From the NCBI RefSeq assembly GCF_024521635.1, contig NW_026250420.1, forward strand, positions 62,001 through 126,000: a stretch of 64,000 nt of DNA. The letters are read 5' to 3'. A program made the translations under genes and the position numbers. The notes beneath the pieces are model-generated. The model did no database searches. It was not told the origin of the DNA and saw only the letters and a program-made list of their open reading frames with translations. The stretch is from Tricharina praecox. Its lineage: Eukaryota. Shown one piece after another: positions 61,832 through 64,000 of the stretch; positions within the stretch are counted from its first letter, which is position 1, and the number at the start of each line of letters is the position of its first letter.

Positions 61832-64000
61832 TTATAGAAACGTGGAGTGGCGTGGGCGTGGGCGTGGGCGTGGGAGTGGAGTGGGGGGGGGCGGCCAAAG
61901 ATGGATGGTCAGGGGAGGGGAGGGGAGGGGGGGGGCAACTGGGCAATCTCATCTCTCGCACCCAACCCAACCCAAGCAAGGGGTTGCTTGCTGGTCTGGT
62001 CGGTCGGTCGGTCTCGGGTGAACTACTCCAACTACTCCAGTGGTGTCGTCGAGACTCGCGAAGGAGAAGGAGAAGGAGAAGGGTCGCGTTGAGAAATGAG
62101 AAATGAGAAATGAAGGTCGGCCGGTCGGCCTGGTGTTTTTTTCTTTCTTTCTCTTTCTCTTTCTCTTTCTCTTTCTCTTTTGCGGATTTTTTCAAGCAGA
62201 GGGGGGGAAAAGAAAAGAAAAGAAAGAAAGAAAGAAAGAAAGAAAGACGGAAGAGAAAAAAGGAAAGAAACACAGATACAAATACTCTACAAACAGAAAG
62301 AGAAACAGAAAAAGAAAAGAAAGAAAGAAAGAAAAGGAATGGAAGAAGAAATAGAAACAGAAAGATAAACAGAAAAAGAGAAACGGATGGAAAACGGATG
62401 TCGACGGAACGAAAGAAAACAGAATTCGACTATACTATTCGAGTGCGTGGGGGGGGGGGGGGAGATCGACACTCGCACTGGGGGGGGCTCTTCCCCCTCG
62501 CACTCTACACACGATTGATAGGTAGCAACATCTTGGTAGATACTACTTCCTTATGCTGGTTGCTGCTCTATGTCGTGCCGCAAACGTGCTCAGCAGGTGT
62601 AGTCCACGCGGCAAAAACGAGGCAGTCGTGGACGGGGAGGGGTGGGGGGTTGGGTCGGTGGTGGTGGGTGGTGTGGTGGATGGAAAATTTCCCATAGGCG
62701 TTAGCTGCCGGCTAAGATTCCGTTCCGAGACAGAGCAACACGAGAATGCGCGACGATCCCAACTGTGAAGTGAGACTGAGCACCGAGGATTGGCTCGCGC
62801 GTCGGCAGCGATGGAGGGAGGATGGAGGGTTATTTTGAGCGAAGAAGAGATTCTGAGGAGGGCAATACTCTAGAGTATGGACGCCCCGACCGACTTGGTC
62901 TGTTTCTTCTTCTTCTTCATCTTCTTCTTCTTCTGCGTCTTCTGCGAACGAATACCTCTCGACTAGCAGGCAAGCATGTAGAGTACATATGATGTGTAGC
63001 ACCCATCATCTTGCTCGGGTACTTACGTCTTACATACGATACATACCGTGCTCTAGTTACCTCACATCCGAGTTTCTGCAGGTACATCAGTGTCGGTCAC
63101 TCTACTATATTCGGGTTATTGCGACCACGGGCGGCGGTGGTGTGGGTGCTCATCTGCAGTCGGAAACCCTCGCGATTTGCTCGCGCGACGACCGGTATGT
63201 ACGGGGGCGAGGAGGAGGGTTTGGTACTATGGCAGGCACTGCGGAGAGGAGGGTTTGGTACTATGGTAGGTACTGCGTATGTATCGGGGCGAGGATGGTA
63301 TGGAAGTAAACTACTGCGTATGTATCGGGGCGGCAGGACGGATCATGGAGTAGAGTAGAGAGATGGAGTAGAGCACCTCTGCATACCCAGATGGATGCGC
63401 CTCATGCCCGTCCATCGCGTTGACCGCTCTGCTACCCTAGCAGGCACTCCGCCGATAGGCACGTTACATCGGAGACATACACCTATCTGGAGCACGTACG
63501 GTAGTTGGATGTCAGCTCCGCCCGACGAGCTGTCTGCCTGTCAGAGTCTGTCCGTCCGTACGTCGGAGGCTCGGAGGCTCGCGTCGCGTGGCTCGAGATG
63601 CGATCGACACGTCTCTCGAAGCTTGTTGGTTGGCTTCCTTCGACCGTGAGCATCAGTGCTGGCATGGAGGCTCTGTCTGTCTGCCCGCCCGAGACAGACC
63701 GTCCGTGCTTCAGGTCTTCAGCCTCTGAGTTGTAGAGCCACTGCATGCTGCCACCCATCAGCACTCTGCTCGACGCACCTATTTGCTCTCTCCACGTGCC
63801 ATAGCTGCCTGCTCGACTCTACTCCACCCATGCGGCTGCTGTTTCGAGCTAGCCGAGTGGTTGTGTAGGTGGATGGACCTCGCGTTCTTGACACTTGTCG
63901 GCCGCACCACTCGGCACGACTCGACTCCCTTTCTCGCTCCCTCACGCCCTCGCTCGCCCTCACCTCTCCGAACCTCCCAGTGCTCACTGCTCGCCTCGCC

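Overview
Eukaryotic DNA from a filamentous ascomycete, judged from the short GT-AG introns with CTAAC/CTGAC branch points; Pezizomycetes is likely but inferred. Positions ~4.4-48.2 kb are a gene-dense block. It holds a SAM methyltransferase, a cytochrome P450, ALG10, a hotdog thioesterase, an FLC/TRP-like channel, RPL10, AP-1 gamma-adaptin, PSF2, two large low-complexity orphans, tRNA-Gly(TCC), DIM1, GVP36, a GMC oxidoreductase, DHODH and NDUFA5. Positions ~49-64 kb are a gene-free, microsatellite-rich desert. The most notable unexplained items are: (1) an ~1,823-aa orphan protein carrying two diverged copies of an ~90-aa domain I cannot name, possibly PB1/beta-grasp; (2) a 2.44-kb element with degenerate TIRs and internal palindromic 66-bp repeats; (3) a 385-bp MITE with perfect 14-bp TIRs and a 3-bp TSD; (4) a 64-aa acidic/aromatic microprotein ORF with a good promoter context; (5) an inverted dispersed repeat and a second 66-bp repeat array. 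All gene models were spliced by eye and no database searches were run.
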